NCBI GenBank assembly: GCA_024643915.1
Contig: JAHEMB010000001.1
Coordinates: 1-32,833 of the forward strand
Direction: 5' to 3'
DNA from: Rhodothermaceae bacterium
Lineage (GTDB): Bacteria > Bacteroidota > Rhodothermia > Rhodothermales > JAHEMB01
DNA: 32,833 bases
Made by a program: the position numbers and the translations under genes. Of the stretch, positions 7,071-15,553 are shown in pieces; the first letter of the stretch is position 1, and every line of letters starts with the position of its first letter. The notes under the pieces were generated by a model. It had not been told where the DNA came from and searched no databases. It saw nothing but the letters and a program-made list of their open reading frames with translations.

Positions 7071-8957
7071 TCAGCCTATCCACTCGTGCTGTGTCCCTTC
7101 GAGCAGCGGTCGTGCCTGCGCCTCCGGTTGCAGTGTCTTTCTGTCAGCGTCCGTACCCGCCATCGCGGCAGAGGGATCGCTCTGGGTGTAGGCGTGTCGC
7201 TGATCCTCTGCGCCGGCCTGTCCTCCGAAAAAGGACAAATCGACGGGGGCCTCGTACTGGGCCTGCAAAATCTCCTGCAGACGGGTTGCGTGGGAGGTGG
7301 CGAGCGCCCGCAGGTCCGGGTCACTAAAGCCGAAGGTCACGGCAACCCGGCCCTCTTCGCGCCTGGCTTTGATGACCAGAGCGCCATCGCCTTCGTCGAG
7401 GGTCATCTCCATCACCTTCCAGCCGTCCGCCGCTGCGTAGGCGCGGGCGCTGCCTTTCGTCAGCGCCGCCCGCAGCCAGGCAACCGAGGCCTCAAAGCGT
7501 GACGGCACAGGGGAAGTCTCACGTGTGCTCCCGGCTCCTGCCTCGCGGATAGAGGACGAAGGGACGCTCTCATGGTGCACCAGCTCCTCAGCGGTGTCGA
7601 GGAGGACTCCCTCAATAAGCTCCACGGCGGGAGCAGTGTAACCCGCAGGGGCGGGAGCACGCGCGGGTTGGTCCGGGTGAGCCGGCAGGGCTCCGTCGTT
7701 AGATTCAGCCGGTAGCGACGCAGCTTCGGGCGGAGCGACGTGCTTCTCCGATAGAGGCTTGTCCAGGTCCGTTCGCAATGGTTGCGGCGGCTCGGAAGCG
7801 ATCTGCTCTCCTTCCGGTAAAGCGGATGGGCTTTCCGCCGAGGGGAAGAAATTGCCGGTCGCTTTCTTGACCTCCTGCCTCATCTCATCCTGGATTGCCG
7901 GTGGGAGGGCAGGCAGGGCATCGTCGAAAAAGCCGCTTTCCTCCATGCCTTGGAGGGTAATGAGGAGCGCCTGCTCTACATGTTGATCAAAGAACGCCTG
8001 GCTCGCCCTGGCTTCCGGGGCCAAAACCAGCTCCTGCACTTCAGGAAAGGCGAAAGGCGTGCCGTAAGGCGCTACAGGACGGGGCATCCTGTGCCCGGCA
8101 ACAGGCGCAGCATCCGGCTTCCCCTCGGTGCGCTCAGAGGATGAGACAGGCGGGTGCGAGCCTGCCAGGGGCGTCTCCTTCGGCGCCTCCACAGCGAGGG
8201 TCTCCTGCACCTGTTTCGCGGGTGGCTCCAGCGGGTCGAGAACGCTTGGAGAGTTAGGGGATAGCACGGGGGCGGCGTGACGCGGGCCAGCGTCGGCACC
8301 TTCGGGCGTAGGGCCGGGAGGAGGTGATTCGATGGAGGAGGCGCGTGGCGATTCTTGCGCCAGCAAGCGCCTCTCAATGACTACTGACTCTGGCACTTTT
8401 GCCTGTGCTCCCATCGCTTTTGCCTCTACGCGAAGAGGCTGTGTAGCGAGGGGCGGTGCCTCTCCTTCTGCCGCCGCAGGGAACGGAGGAGATAGGAAAG
8501 GAACACGCGGATCGAGGGGCAACGAGCTAGTCGAAGAGAATACGTGCTCCCTCGCGTTGGACGCCACGGTCTGCGAGGCGATTGCAGCTTCGTGTATCGG
8601 AGCGTCCAAGGTCGGTGGGGTTAGGTTAATTGGCAAGGCAAGGTGCCGCGCCTCCAACTCCTCCTTCTGACCATATAGCGCCTCCACCGATGGCGTTGCC
8701 GCGTGCAGGCGGACGGTGCCTGACTTGGCTTCCCTCTTTTGACCTTCCGTAGGAGGAGGCGCTGGGGTCGGTGTAGGTCGTGCCATGGCCGAGCCCGACG
8801 ATGCTGCTACCCCAGCGGGGGGGAGGAGCGCCATCGTGCCGGACAGAACAGCAGCGAAGGGTAGGAAGGCGTCGGCGCTTTCCGGCACGGCGGCCTCACC
8901 GCCCGGCTGATCCGGCGGGAGGAGGCTGGCGGTATCGATCAGGGTGAGCAGGTGCAT
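7071..8957 (-). CDS. fliK: Flagellar hook-length control protein FliK (Pro/Ala-rich)
   Basis: The ORF extends to 9128, but that part overlaps the upstream gene. ATG 8957 (MHLLTLIDTASLL) lies 4 nt after the upstream stop. C-terminal Flg_hook-type domain (GWKVMEMTLDEGDGALVIKARREEGRVAVTFGFSDPDLRALATSHATRLQEILQ). Long low-complexity Pro-rich ruler. Position fliJ-ylxF-fliK-flgD. Confidence 0.8.
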   Translation of the reverse strand: MHLLTLIDTASLLPPDQPGGEAAVPESADAFLPFAAVLSGTMALLPPAGVAASSGSAMARPTPTPAPPPTEGQKREAKSGTVRLHAATPSVEALYGQKEELEARHLALPINLTPPTLDAPIHEAAIASQTVASNAREHVFSSTSSLPLDPRVPFLSPPFPAAAEGEAPPLATQPLRVEAKAMGAQAKVPESVVIERRLLAQESPRASSIESPPPGPTPEGADAGPRHAAPVLSPNSPSVLDPLEPPAKQVQETLAVEAPKETPLAGSHPPVSSSERTEGKPDAAPVAGHRMPRPVAPYGTPFAFPEVQELVLAPEARASQAFFDQHVEQALLITLQGMEESGFFDDALPALPPAIQDEMRQEVKKATGNFFPSAESPSALPEGEQIASEPPQPLRTDLDKPLSEKHVAPPEAASLPAESNDGALPAHPDQPARAPAPAGYTAPAVELIEGVLLDTAEELVHHESVPSSSIREAGAGSTRETSPVPSRFEASVAWLRAALTKGSARAYAAADGWKVMEMTLDEGDGALVIKARREEGRVAVTFGFSDPDLRALATSHATRLQEILQAQYEAPVDLSFFGGQAGAEDQRHAYTQSDPSAAMAGTDADRKTLQPEAQARPLLEGTQHEWIG

Positions 8958-8961
8958 CGCT

Positions 8962-9576
8962 TTAATCACTGGCAGCGTCGATGGAGGTGGGGGCGGTGGT
9001 GGTATCCGGCGGGGGCGGAGCGCCCGTGAGGCGGCGGACGAAGCGGGCGGCGGCATCGGGAGGCAGGGCACGCAGCAGGCGGGGGCGGGTCCGGGCCGAA
9101 GCGCGGGCGTAAAGCATCTCCAGCACATTCAGATCGAGCTGCTGAAGGATGGCGGCCAACTCTTTGTCTTCCAGCTTGGCGAGGGTGGTGCTGAGAGCTT
9201 CGATGGTGCCCTGTGCCACCGGGGATTTCGTCGCCGTCGCCTGCCCCCGGCGGGTCGCATCGAGGCGTTCGAGGAGGGCCGACCGTTCATCTTCCATCCG
9301 TTGCACGTGCTGCCTCGCTTCGGCGAGGGAATCGCGAAGGGCCGCAACGAGCGCCTGCTGCGTGGACGCGCCGAGCGCGCTTGTGTCTGCCAGGAGCGAA
9401 TCCGGCAGGGCAAGCGCCAGGGAATCGGGCGGGGGCGTCGCGGCTAGGCTGTCTGCAGAGAGCAGCGCCGTCTCGACCACAGAGGGCGCGATGGAAGGCA
9501 TGGCGAAGTAGCTCCCCGCCAGCCCGGCCACAAAGGCGACGAGGCCCGCAACGACGGCGATGATGGCTTTTTTCAT
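8962..9576 (-). CDS. YlxF/FlbB-like flagellar protein with MgtE-N-like (MotE-family) C-terminal region
   Basis: 204 aa. N-terminal TM anchor (AIIAVVAGLVAFVAGLAGSYF), coiled-coil middle, C-terminus LAKLEDKELAAILQQLDLNVLEMLYARASARTRPRLLRALPPDAAARFVRRL. Occupies the ylxF slot between fliJ and fliK. Its ATG overlaps the fliJ stop (ATGA). Confidence 0.6.
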   Translation of the reverse strand: MKKAIIAVVAGLVAFVAGLAGSYFAMPSIAPSVVETALLSADSLAATPPPDSLALALPDSLLADTSALGASTQQALVAALRDSLAEARQHVQRMEDERSALLERLDATRRGQATATKSPVAQGTIEALSTTLAKLEDKELAAILQQLDLNVLEMLYARASARTRPRLLRALPPDAAARFVRRLTGAPPPPDTTTAPTSIDAASD

Positions 9577-10040
9577 GTTGATGATCGGGCTTTCTGTGCG
9601 CTTCTTTTGCGGTTGAAAACCGTCAGGGCCTGTTCGTCGAGGAAGCTGCGCTCGCGTTCTTCGGCGGCCTGTTCGTGCTCGGTCTTTTCCCGGTCGTGCA
9701 GGGTGGAAATCGCTTCTTCGTCGCGGCGATGGCTCATCAGGGTAGCACGCGCCTGCTTCTCCTGGCCGCGCATCTTTTCGAGCCTGTTTCGCGCCGCTTC
9801 GAAGTCGACGTGGAGGGCTTGCCGGCGGGCTTCGCGGCGGCGGAGGGCGAGGGGGGTGATCTGCTCACCACCGAGTATCTCCTGCGCGTGCAGGGCCAGC
9901 CGCTCATCGGCGTGCTGGAGGGCGGTTTCCTGTTGCTGCCGGGCGAGGGCGGCCCGCCCCAGCGCCTGCTTCGCCTGTTCGGTCGTGTGGGCGCGCAGCT
10001 TCAACACCGGCTCTAGGGAGAAGCGGAATTTCTTGCTCAT
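9573..10040 (-). CDS. fliJ: Flagellar export chaperone/stalk protein FliJ
   Basis: 155 aa, all-helical and charged. The start MSKKFRFSLEPVLKLR....EQAKQAL is typical of FliJ. Lies directly after fliI. Confidence 0.8.
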   Translation of the reverse strand: MSKKFRFSLEPVLKLRAHTTEQAKQALGRAALARQQQETALQHADERLALHAQEILGGEQITPLALRRREARRQALHVDFEAARNRLEKMRGQEKQARATLMSHRRDEEAISTLHDREKTEHEQAAEERERSFLDEQALTVFNRKRSAQKARSST

Positions 10041-10043
10041 CGT

Positions 10044-11369
10044 CTAGGCTTCCTTCTGGTTCAAAATGAGCTGCAAGAGGGCCGCCGGATCCTCTTCCGC
10101 AGCGTCGCCGACGCGCTGCCGGAGGAAGTCGGTGAGGGCCGGGTGAAGGGCGACGGCACGGTCGGTCAGGGCGTTGGAGCCGGGGACGTAGGCGCCGACG
10201 CGGAGGAGGTCCTCGGCGTCGCGGTAGGCGGCCAGCAGGCTGCGCGCCTCTTCGGCGGCGGCGCGGTGGGCGGGCGTGGTGATGCGCGGCATGACGCGGC
10301 TCACACTCTGGAGCACGTCGATGGCGGGGAAGTGGCCGGCGTGGGCCAGCTTGCGCGAGAGGACGACGTGGCCGTCAAGGATGCCGCGCACGGCATCGCC
10401 GACGGGTTCGTTCATGTCGTCGCCATCGACGAGGACGGTGAAGATGCCGGTGATGGTGCCGCGTTTGCCGGGGCCGGCGCGTTCGAGCAGGCGCGGCAGC
10501 AAGGCGAAGACGCTGGGCGTGTAGCCCCGCGTGGTGGGCGGCTCGCCCACGGCCAGGCCGATCTCGCGCTGCGCCATCGCCACGCGCGTCACGGAGTCCA
10601 TCATCAAGAGGACGTCCTTGCCCTGGTCGCGGAAGTATTCGGCGATGGCTACGGCGGTGCCGGCGCCCTTGACACGGCTCATGGCGGCCTGGTCGCCTGT
10701 GACGGCGACGACGACGGAGCGCTGGAGGCCTTCCTCGCCGAGGTTGTCGAGGATGAATTCCTGCACTTCCCGCCCGCGCTCGCCGATGAGGGCGATGACA
10801 TTGACATCGGCCCGCGCATGGCGGGCGAGCATGCCGAGAAGCGTGCTCTTGCCCACGCCGGAGCCGGCGAAGATGCCGATGCGCTGGCCCTTGCCGAGTG
10901 TGAGAAAGGTGTCGAGGGCGCGGAGGCCGGTGTGCAGGGGCGTGTCGATGAGGCGGCGTTCGAGGGGGGAGGGCGGTTCGCGGTGGACGGGGCGCTCGTC
11001 TTCGAGGCGGAGGGGGCCGTGCCCGTCGAGGGGCTTGCCGCCGCCGTCGATGACGCGCCCCAGCAGGGCCTCGCCGACGCGGATGGTGAGGGGCAGGGCC
11101 GCGCGCTCAACCAGGCAGCCCGCCCGCAGGCCCACCGTCTCGTCGAGCGGCATCAGCACCGCCGTCTCGCCCCGCACGCCGACGACCTCGGCCTTGAGGC
11201 GGCGCCCGCCGGGCCGCTCGCCTTCGTGGATGTAGCACAACTCGCCCACGGCCGCGCCGAGACGGCTGGCCTCCACGAGGAGCCCTACCACCGACTGCAC
11301 CCGTCCGAATTCCTTCGGAGGGAGCGGCTGATCACGCAGGTCTTGCAGGCAGTGGGCGAGATGGCTCAT
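10044..11369 (-). CDS. fliI: Flagellum-specific ATPase FliI
   Basis: 441 aa. Walker A GSGVGKST, Walker B VLLMMDSVTR, F1/T3SS-ATPase architecture. Confidence 0.95.
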   Translation of the reverse strand: MSHLAHCLQDLRDQPLPPKEFGRVQSVVGLLVEASRLGAAVGELCYIHEGERPGGRRLKAEVVGVRGETAVLMPLDETVGLRAGCLVERAALPLTIRVGEALLGRVIDGGGKPLDGHGPLRLEDERPVHREPPSPLERRLIDTPLHTGLRALDTFLTLGKGQRIGIFAGSGVGKSTLLGMLARHARADVNVIALIGERGREVQEFILDNLGEEGLQRSVVVAVTGDQAAMSRVKGAGTAVAIAEYFRDQGKDVLLMMDSVTRVAMAQREIGLAVGEPPTTRGYTPSVFALLPRLLERAGPGKRGTITGIFTVLVDGDDMNEPVGDAVRGILDGHVVLSRKLAHAGHFPAIDVLQSVSRVMPRITTPAHRAAAEEARSLLAAYRDAEDLLRVGAYVPGSNALTDRAVALHPALTDFLRQRVGDAAEEDPAALLQLILNQKEA

Positions 11370-11371
11370 TC

Positions 11372-11455
11372 TTGAAGCTCCAAGTTCCAGATCCCAAATT
11401 CCAAAGTCTCTTAAAGCACCCTTTGGAGCTTGGAATATGGGACTTGGACTTTTTA
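11372..11455. repeat. Heptamer-periodic imperfect palindrome filling the fliH-fliI spacer
   Basis: Left array is TCCAAGT TCCAGAT CCCAAAT TCCAAAG (11379-11406). A 14-nt spacer follows. Right array is CTTTGGA GCTTGGA ATATGGG ACTTGGA (11421-11448). Arms are 23/28 complementary without gaps. The right end touches the fliH stop and the left end touches the GGAG in front of the fliI ATG. Confidence 0.8.
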
Positions 11456-12280
11456 TTCAGAAGGTAGTGCGTCAGGGTGTTGGGCGTCTCCTGAAGGTAG
11501 GAGCGCGAAGCGGGTTTTCAAGGTGTCGAGGAGTTCGGATTGCAGGCGGCGGACGGCGGCCTCGGGGGAGGCAGCGGTCCAGTCGCCGGGGGCGAGGTCG
11601 GGGTCGGCGCGCCAGCGGAGGCGGGGGTAGGTGGCCTCCACCTGCGCCGCCACGCCGTGCTCCTGTAAGCGCAGCAGATCGACCGGGTGCAGCGTCACGT
11701 CGATGGTCGATTCCTCCCTGAAGAGGTCGAGCGCTTCGAGCAGGGTCTTTTCCGTCAGGCCGCGCACCGCCTCGGGCAAAGGTGCTTCGAGGACGGCTTC
11801 GGCGAGGGCGAAGGCAAGTTCGGCCAGCAACGATTCGCTCTGATCGAGCCGCTCCTGCCGGCTCCCGTCGAGGTGTTCGATGCCCGCTGCTACCGTGGTT
11901 TTCAGCCCTTCAATCTCATCCTGGAGCGAAGCGTGTGCAGCCGCGTGGCCTTCGTCGTAGGCTTCGGCGCGGGCCTGGGCCACCGCTTTCGCCAGCTTCG
12001 CCGCCCACTCAGCTTCCACCTCTTCCCGGCAGGCTAGGCAGGGCGCTGTTTTCTCCGCCGGCTTTTCTTCTGGGTGTGCGTGCGCCTCCGGCGGCGGGGC
12101 CGGTGGGGGCTCCGGCAGCTTCACCGGGTACAGGACCGTTGGGGCGGGGCGCCCGCGCAGCACCGGCCCACGCGCCACCGCCGCCGTCTCCGCCGCGCCG
12201 AACTCCACGTCCAGCACAGCCGACGCGCTGTGCGACGCGTAGGGCTGCGGGAAGCGTTTGATGACGGCTGGCTGGGACAT
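11453..12280 (-). CDS. fliH: Flagellar export protein FliH (FliI regulator)
   Basis: 275 aa. Central Ala/Glu-rich coiled coil (EAEWAAKLAKAVAQARAEAYDEGHAAA) and FliH/NtpE-like C-terminal domain. Lies between fliG and fliI. Confidence 0.7.
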   Translation of the reverse strand: MSQPAVIKRFPQPYASHSASAVLDVEFGAAETAAVARGPVLRGRPAPTVLYPVKLPEPPPAPPPEAHAHPEEKPAEKTAPCLACREEVEAEWAAKLAKAVAQARAEAYDEGHAAAHASLQDEIEGLKTTVAAGIEHLDGSRQERLDQSESLLAELAFALAEAVLEAPLPEAVRGLTEKTLLEALDLFREESTIDVTLHPVDLLRLQEHGVAAQVEATYPRLRWRADPDLAPGDWTAASPEAAVRRLQSELLDTLKTRFALLPSGDAQHPDALPSE

Positions 12281-12324
12281 GTGGATTGCGGATTGTTATT
12301 TCGGCCTCTCGTCCATTCTCGAAA

Positions 12325-13368
12325 TCACAGCATCACTTCTTCGGCGGTGCGGGAGAGGGTGACCTCTTGCTGCTCTTCGAGGTCGCGGGCTTTTTCGAGG
12401 ACGCGGCGCTGGGCGTCTTCGACGTCGCTGATGCGGGCGGGGCCCATCAGCTCGATCTCCTCGCGGATCGTCTCCGCCGCGCGCTCGCTGACGTTGGCGA
12501 GGAGCTTCTCCTTGAGCGGCTCCGGGGCGGCCTTGAGGGCGAGGGCGAGGTCGCGCTGATCGACCTCCATGAGGACGCGCTGCAAGTCGCGCTCGCCGAC
12601 ATGGATGAGGTCGTCGAAGACAAACATGTGGTCCTTGATGGCGCCGGCCAGGTCGGGGTTGCGGTCGCGGAGGGCCTCCATGATGTCGCGCTCGGCGCTG
12701 CGGCTGGTGTTGTTGAGGATTTGGGCGACGGCCTTGACGCCACCCGCTGTGCGCTTGCCGCCGAGGAGGGCGCCGATCTGCTGGCGGATTACCTCTTCGA
12801 CCTCGCGCATCAGCTCGGGCGGCGTCTCGCCGAGGGTGGCGAGGCGGGCCACCACCTCGCTCCGCAGGTCGTCCGGCAGGGATGCGATGACGTCGGCGGC
12901 CTTGCGGGGGTGGAGGTGGGCCAGGATGAGGGCGATGGTTTGTGGCGGCTCGTGCTGGAGGAAACCGACGAGTTGCTCGGTCTCGACGGTTTGGAGGAGG
13001 CGGAAGCCGGAGACCTCCATCGCAGCCTCCACCTTCATCATCACCTCGTCGGCGCGGCGGGGGCCGAGGGCGGCTTCGAGCGTCTCGCGGGCGAACGTGA
13101 CGCCGCCCTGTGCGGCGGTGCCGGTCACCATGCCGGCCTCGCGGAAGTCGAGCAGGATGGCTTCGACAACGTCGCTGGAGACGTTTCGGAAGCGGGCGAT
13201 CTCGATGGAGATCCGCTCGACCTCGTCGTCGCGCAGGCACTTGAGCACCTTGCCGGCGGCCTCGGTGCCGAGGGCTACGAGGAGGACGGCAGCGCGCTGC
13301 GTCCCGCTCAGCCCCTCGGCAGCGCGGCGCGGGTCAGGCACCATTTCTTCGAAAGCAGGTTCGGGCAT
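12325..13368 (-). CDS. fliG: Flagellar motor switch protein FliG
   Basis: Canonical FliG throughout (LSGTQRAAVLLVALG...MFVFDDL...EEIE). The ORF-track start 13377 is TTG and overlaps the fliF stop. I prefer ATG 13368 (MPEPAFEE), 5 nt after the fliF stop. Either is possible. Confidence 0.92.
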   Translation of the reverse strand: MPEPAFEEMVPDPRRAAEGLSGTQRAAVLLVALGTEAAGKVLKCLRDDEVERISIEIARFRNVSSDVVEAILLDFREAGMVTGTAAQGGVTFARETLEAALGPRRADEVMMKVEAAMEVSGFRLLQTVETEQLVGFLQHEPPQTIALILAHLHPRKAADVIASLPDDLRSEVVARLATLGETPPELMREVEEVIRQQIGALLGGKRTAGGVKAVAQILNNTSRSAERDIMEALRDRNPDLAGAIKDHMFVFDDLIHVGERDLQRVLMEVDQRDLALALKAAPEPLKEKLLANVSERAAETIREEIELMGPARISDVEDAQRRVLEKARDLEEQQEVTLSRTAEEVML

Positions 13369-13373
13369 CGTGG

Positions 13374-14984
13374 TCAAATCGTTGCGGGTTCGGCGTCTTC
13401 GAGCATCCAGTTACGGAGCAGGTCAGCGGCCTCTTCAGGGTGCTCCTGCACCTCGGCCTGAATCTCCTCGAACATCAGGTGGCGGGCTTTCAGGCGGGCG
13501 CGGGCCTCGGGCGAGAGCTTGCTGGTGTACACATCATCGATCAGCACCGGCTCGTCTACTTCGGCTGCGGCGAGCTGCCTCGGCCCAACGCTTTCTCCAA
13601 TCGTTTTCCCAGCCGCCTGCTCGCCTTCGAGCCGGCGCGTTTCGAGGGGCTGGTCGAGGACGAGCGGGTCGGTGGGGAGGGTGGCGACGCGGCGCAGGGC
13701 GGTGCGCAGCAGCAGGGCCGCCCCTGCAAGCACAAGGAGCATGAAGCCGTAGCGGAGGTAAAGCTGGAAGCGGTCCTGCCGTCGCTGCTCCCGCAATTCG
13801 TCGACGAGTTGCTCGTCGCCCGTCGTGTCGAAGCGGGTCTGGTGGAGGGCGAAGCGGTCGCCGCGATCGGCCTTGAAGCCGACGGCGTTTTTGACGAGGG
13901 CCTCGATCTCTTGCAGTTCCTCCTCCACGTAAGGCGTGTACTCGGGCACCTCGGCGTCTTCGGCCAGGGGCAAGCGTTTGTGGTTGAGGATGACCGAGAC
14001 GCTGAGGTCGGCCACGTCGCCGATGCTTTTCTCGGAGCGCTCGCGGGTGCGGCTCAGCTCGTAGTTGCGGATGGCGGAGGTGGCGCTCTCGTAGCCCTCG
14101 GCGCCTTCCTCCAGCTTCTCCTCGCTGATGACGGTGGCGCTCTCGGGGTCGATCAGGTCGCGCTCGGCGACGGCCCGCTCGAAGTCGAGCGTGGCGGTGA
14201 CGCGGATGATGGCGTTGCCGGGGCCGAGGACCTGGTCGAGCATCGACTGGCCCTTCTCCACGAGGCGCTGCTCCACGGCCTGCTGCATGCGGAGCTGGGT
14301 GGAGGAGGTGAGGAGGTCGGCGTTGCCGGCGTCGGGGTTGGAGAGGAGGGCGCCGCGCGTGTCGAGCACGGTCACGGCCGAAGGATCGAGGCCTTCGACG
14401 GCCCCTGCCACGAGGGCGCCGATGCCTTCGATCTGCTCTCTGCTGAGGCTGCCGCCGGTGAGTTCGAGGACGACGGAGGCGCTGGGCTCGGCCTGGGCCT
14501 GGCGGAACGGGCTGCGCTCGGGTAGGACGAGGTGGACGCGCGCCACCTCTACCTGCCGGATGTTCGAGATGGTGCGGCTGAGCTCGCCTTCGAGGGCGCG
14601 CTTGACGTTGAGTTTCTGCATGAAATCGGTCATGCCGAGGGTGCCCTCGTCGAACAGCTCGTAGCCGGCGGGGCCGTCGGCCACGAGGCCGTCGCCCGCG
14701 AACTGGAGGCGTAGCTCGTAGACCTGCGCGCGCGGCACGTAGACGGCGGCGCCGTTCTCCCTGATTTCGTAAGGCACGCCCCGCTCCGTCAGGGTCTCGA
14801 CGATGCGGCTGGCGTCGGTGGGGGCGAGGCGGCCAAAGAGGAGGGTGTAGTCCGGCTGCCCGGCCCAGTAGGCGAGGCCGCCGAAGACGACGAAGCCGCC
14901 CAGCACCACGCCCCCCAGCATCGCCTGCTGCTTCCGCGTCAGCCGCGTGAGGAACTGCTTCGCCTGCTCGATAAAGGGGTTCAT
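13374..14984 (-). CDS. fliF: Flagellar MS-ring protein FliF
   Basis: 536 aa. N-terminal TM (MLGGVVLGGFVVFGGLAYW), YscJ/FliF ring domains (VARVHLVLPERSPF), second TM (YGFMLLVLAGAALLL) and an acidic FliG-binding tail. Confidence 0.92.
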   Translation of the reverse strand: MNPFIEQAKQFLTRLTRKQQAMLGGVVLGGFVVFGGLAYWAGQPDYTLLFGRLAPTDASRIVETLTERGVPYEIRENGAAVYVPRAQVYELRLQFAGDGLVADGPAGYELFDEGTLGMTDFMQKLNVKRALEGELSRTISNIRQVEVARVHLVLPERSPFRQAQAEPSASVVLELTGGSLSREQIEGIGALVAGAVEGLDPSAVTVLDTRGALLSNPDAGNADLLTSSTQLRMQQAVEQRLVEKGQSMLDQVLGPGNAIIRVTATLDFERAVAERDLIDPESATVISEEKLEEGAEGYESATSAIRNYELSRTRERSEKSIGDVADLSVSVILNHKRLPLAEDAEVPEYTPYVEEELQEIEALVKNAVGFKADRGDRFALHQTRFDTTGDEQLVDELREQRRQDRFQLYLRYGFMLLVLAGAALLLRTALRRVATLPTDPLVLDQPLETRRLEGEQAAGKTIGESVGPRQLAAAEVDEPVLIDDVYTSKLSPEARARLKARHLMFEEIQAEVQEHPEEAADLLRNWMLEDAEPATI

Positions 14985-15028
14985 TTATTCGGAAAGTAGT
15001 GCTGGCTGGGAGCCATGGCGCCGCGAGA

Positions 15029-15139
15029 GGGGGAAGGGAGCACGAGAATCGAGGAGCCGAAGAAACGAGGAATCGAAGATCGGCTGATTCAAAGTTCTCG
15101 TCGATTCGTCGTCTCGTCGTTTCTTCGATTCATTCCCCC
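15029..15139. repeat. Octamer-periodic imperfect palindrome; second copy of the 4438-4580 family
   Basis: Left array is GGGGGAAG GGAGCACG AGAATCGA GGAGCCGA AGAAACGA GGAATCGA AGATCGG. Right array is TTCTCGTC GATTCGTC GTCTCGTC GTTTCTTC GATTCATT CCCCC. It shares the strings GAGCCGAAGAAA and CGAGGAATCGAAGA with the element at 4438-4580. It starts 2 nt after the fliE stop codon. Confidence 0.85.
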
Positions 15140-15141
15140 AC

Positions 15142-15459
15142 TCAGACTTGCATGCGCATCAGTTCCTGGTAGGTCTCCAGGGCGCGGTTGCGGACCTCAG
15201 TCATGAGCTGGAGGTGCAGTTCGGCCTGGTTCATGGCGATCATCACCTCGTGCAGGTTTTCCTGCTCGCCGGCCACGAAGGCGGAGACCTCGTCGCCCGC
15301 CGCCTTCTGCGCTGCATCGACACTTTCGATGGCATCGGTGAGGGCGTTGCCGAAGCCGGGGCCGCCGAGGGCGTCGGAGCCGCGCGGTTGCGGGAGCTGG
15401 CCCCAGCCGTCGGCGCGGGGCTGCGCTTCGCGGATGCGTTGTAGCTGGTTCACGGTCAT
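15142..15459 (-). CDS. fliE: Flagellar hook-basal body complex protein FliE
   Basis: 105 aa. The FliE signature FGNALTDAIESVDAAQKAAGDEVSAFVAGEQENLHEVMIAMNQAELHLQLMTEVRNRALETYQELMRMQV is unmistakable. Confidence 0.92.
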   Translation of the reverse strand: MTVNQLQRIREAQPRADGWGQLPQPRGSDALGGPGFGNALTDAIESVDAAQKAAGDEVSAFVAGEQENLHEVMIAMNQAELHLQLMTEVRNRALETYQELMRMQV

Positions 15460-15553
15460 TGTTTTTCGGTTTTTAGAAGGGATGCTTCGTCGTGGCGGTG
15501 GCGCCCAGCATCAATCTTTGAGCATTGTTAACTGCTCATTATCCATTGGCGAG

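Noticed and set aside
8958-9128. Upstream extensions offered by the ORF track: fliK to 9128, flgM to 20023, fliN to 1331, the HD protein to 30374, HNH to 32140, fliG to 13377.
   Set aside because: The extensions overlap the preceding gene or use GTG/TTG, while an ATG lies at a compact junction. The extended N-termini (for example MCWRCFTPALRPGPAPACC, MGAHRHGPARTAEG) look like out-of-frame read-through of neighbouring genes. The fliG and HNH alternatives remain possible and are noted in the features.
12305-12318. 14-nt identity (GAATGGACGAGAGG) between the fliG-fliH spacer (minus strand) and the fliC upstream array (23642-23655, plus strand).
   Set aside because: A handful of 14-mer matches is expected by chance in a 33-kb window counting both strands, more so with biased composition. 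It is suggestive of a shared word vocabulary but is not significant on its own.
14999-15014. Sigma-54-like GG-N10-GC (minus strand TGGCTCCCAGCCAGCA) upstream of fliF.
   Set aside because: Flanking consensus positions are poor. The -12 would be only ~17 nt from the fliF ATG, leaving essentially no leader. This is probably chance in GC-rich DNA.
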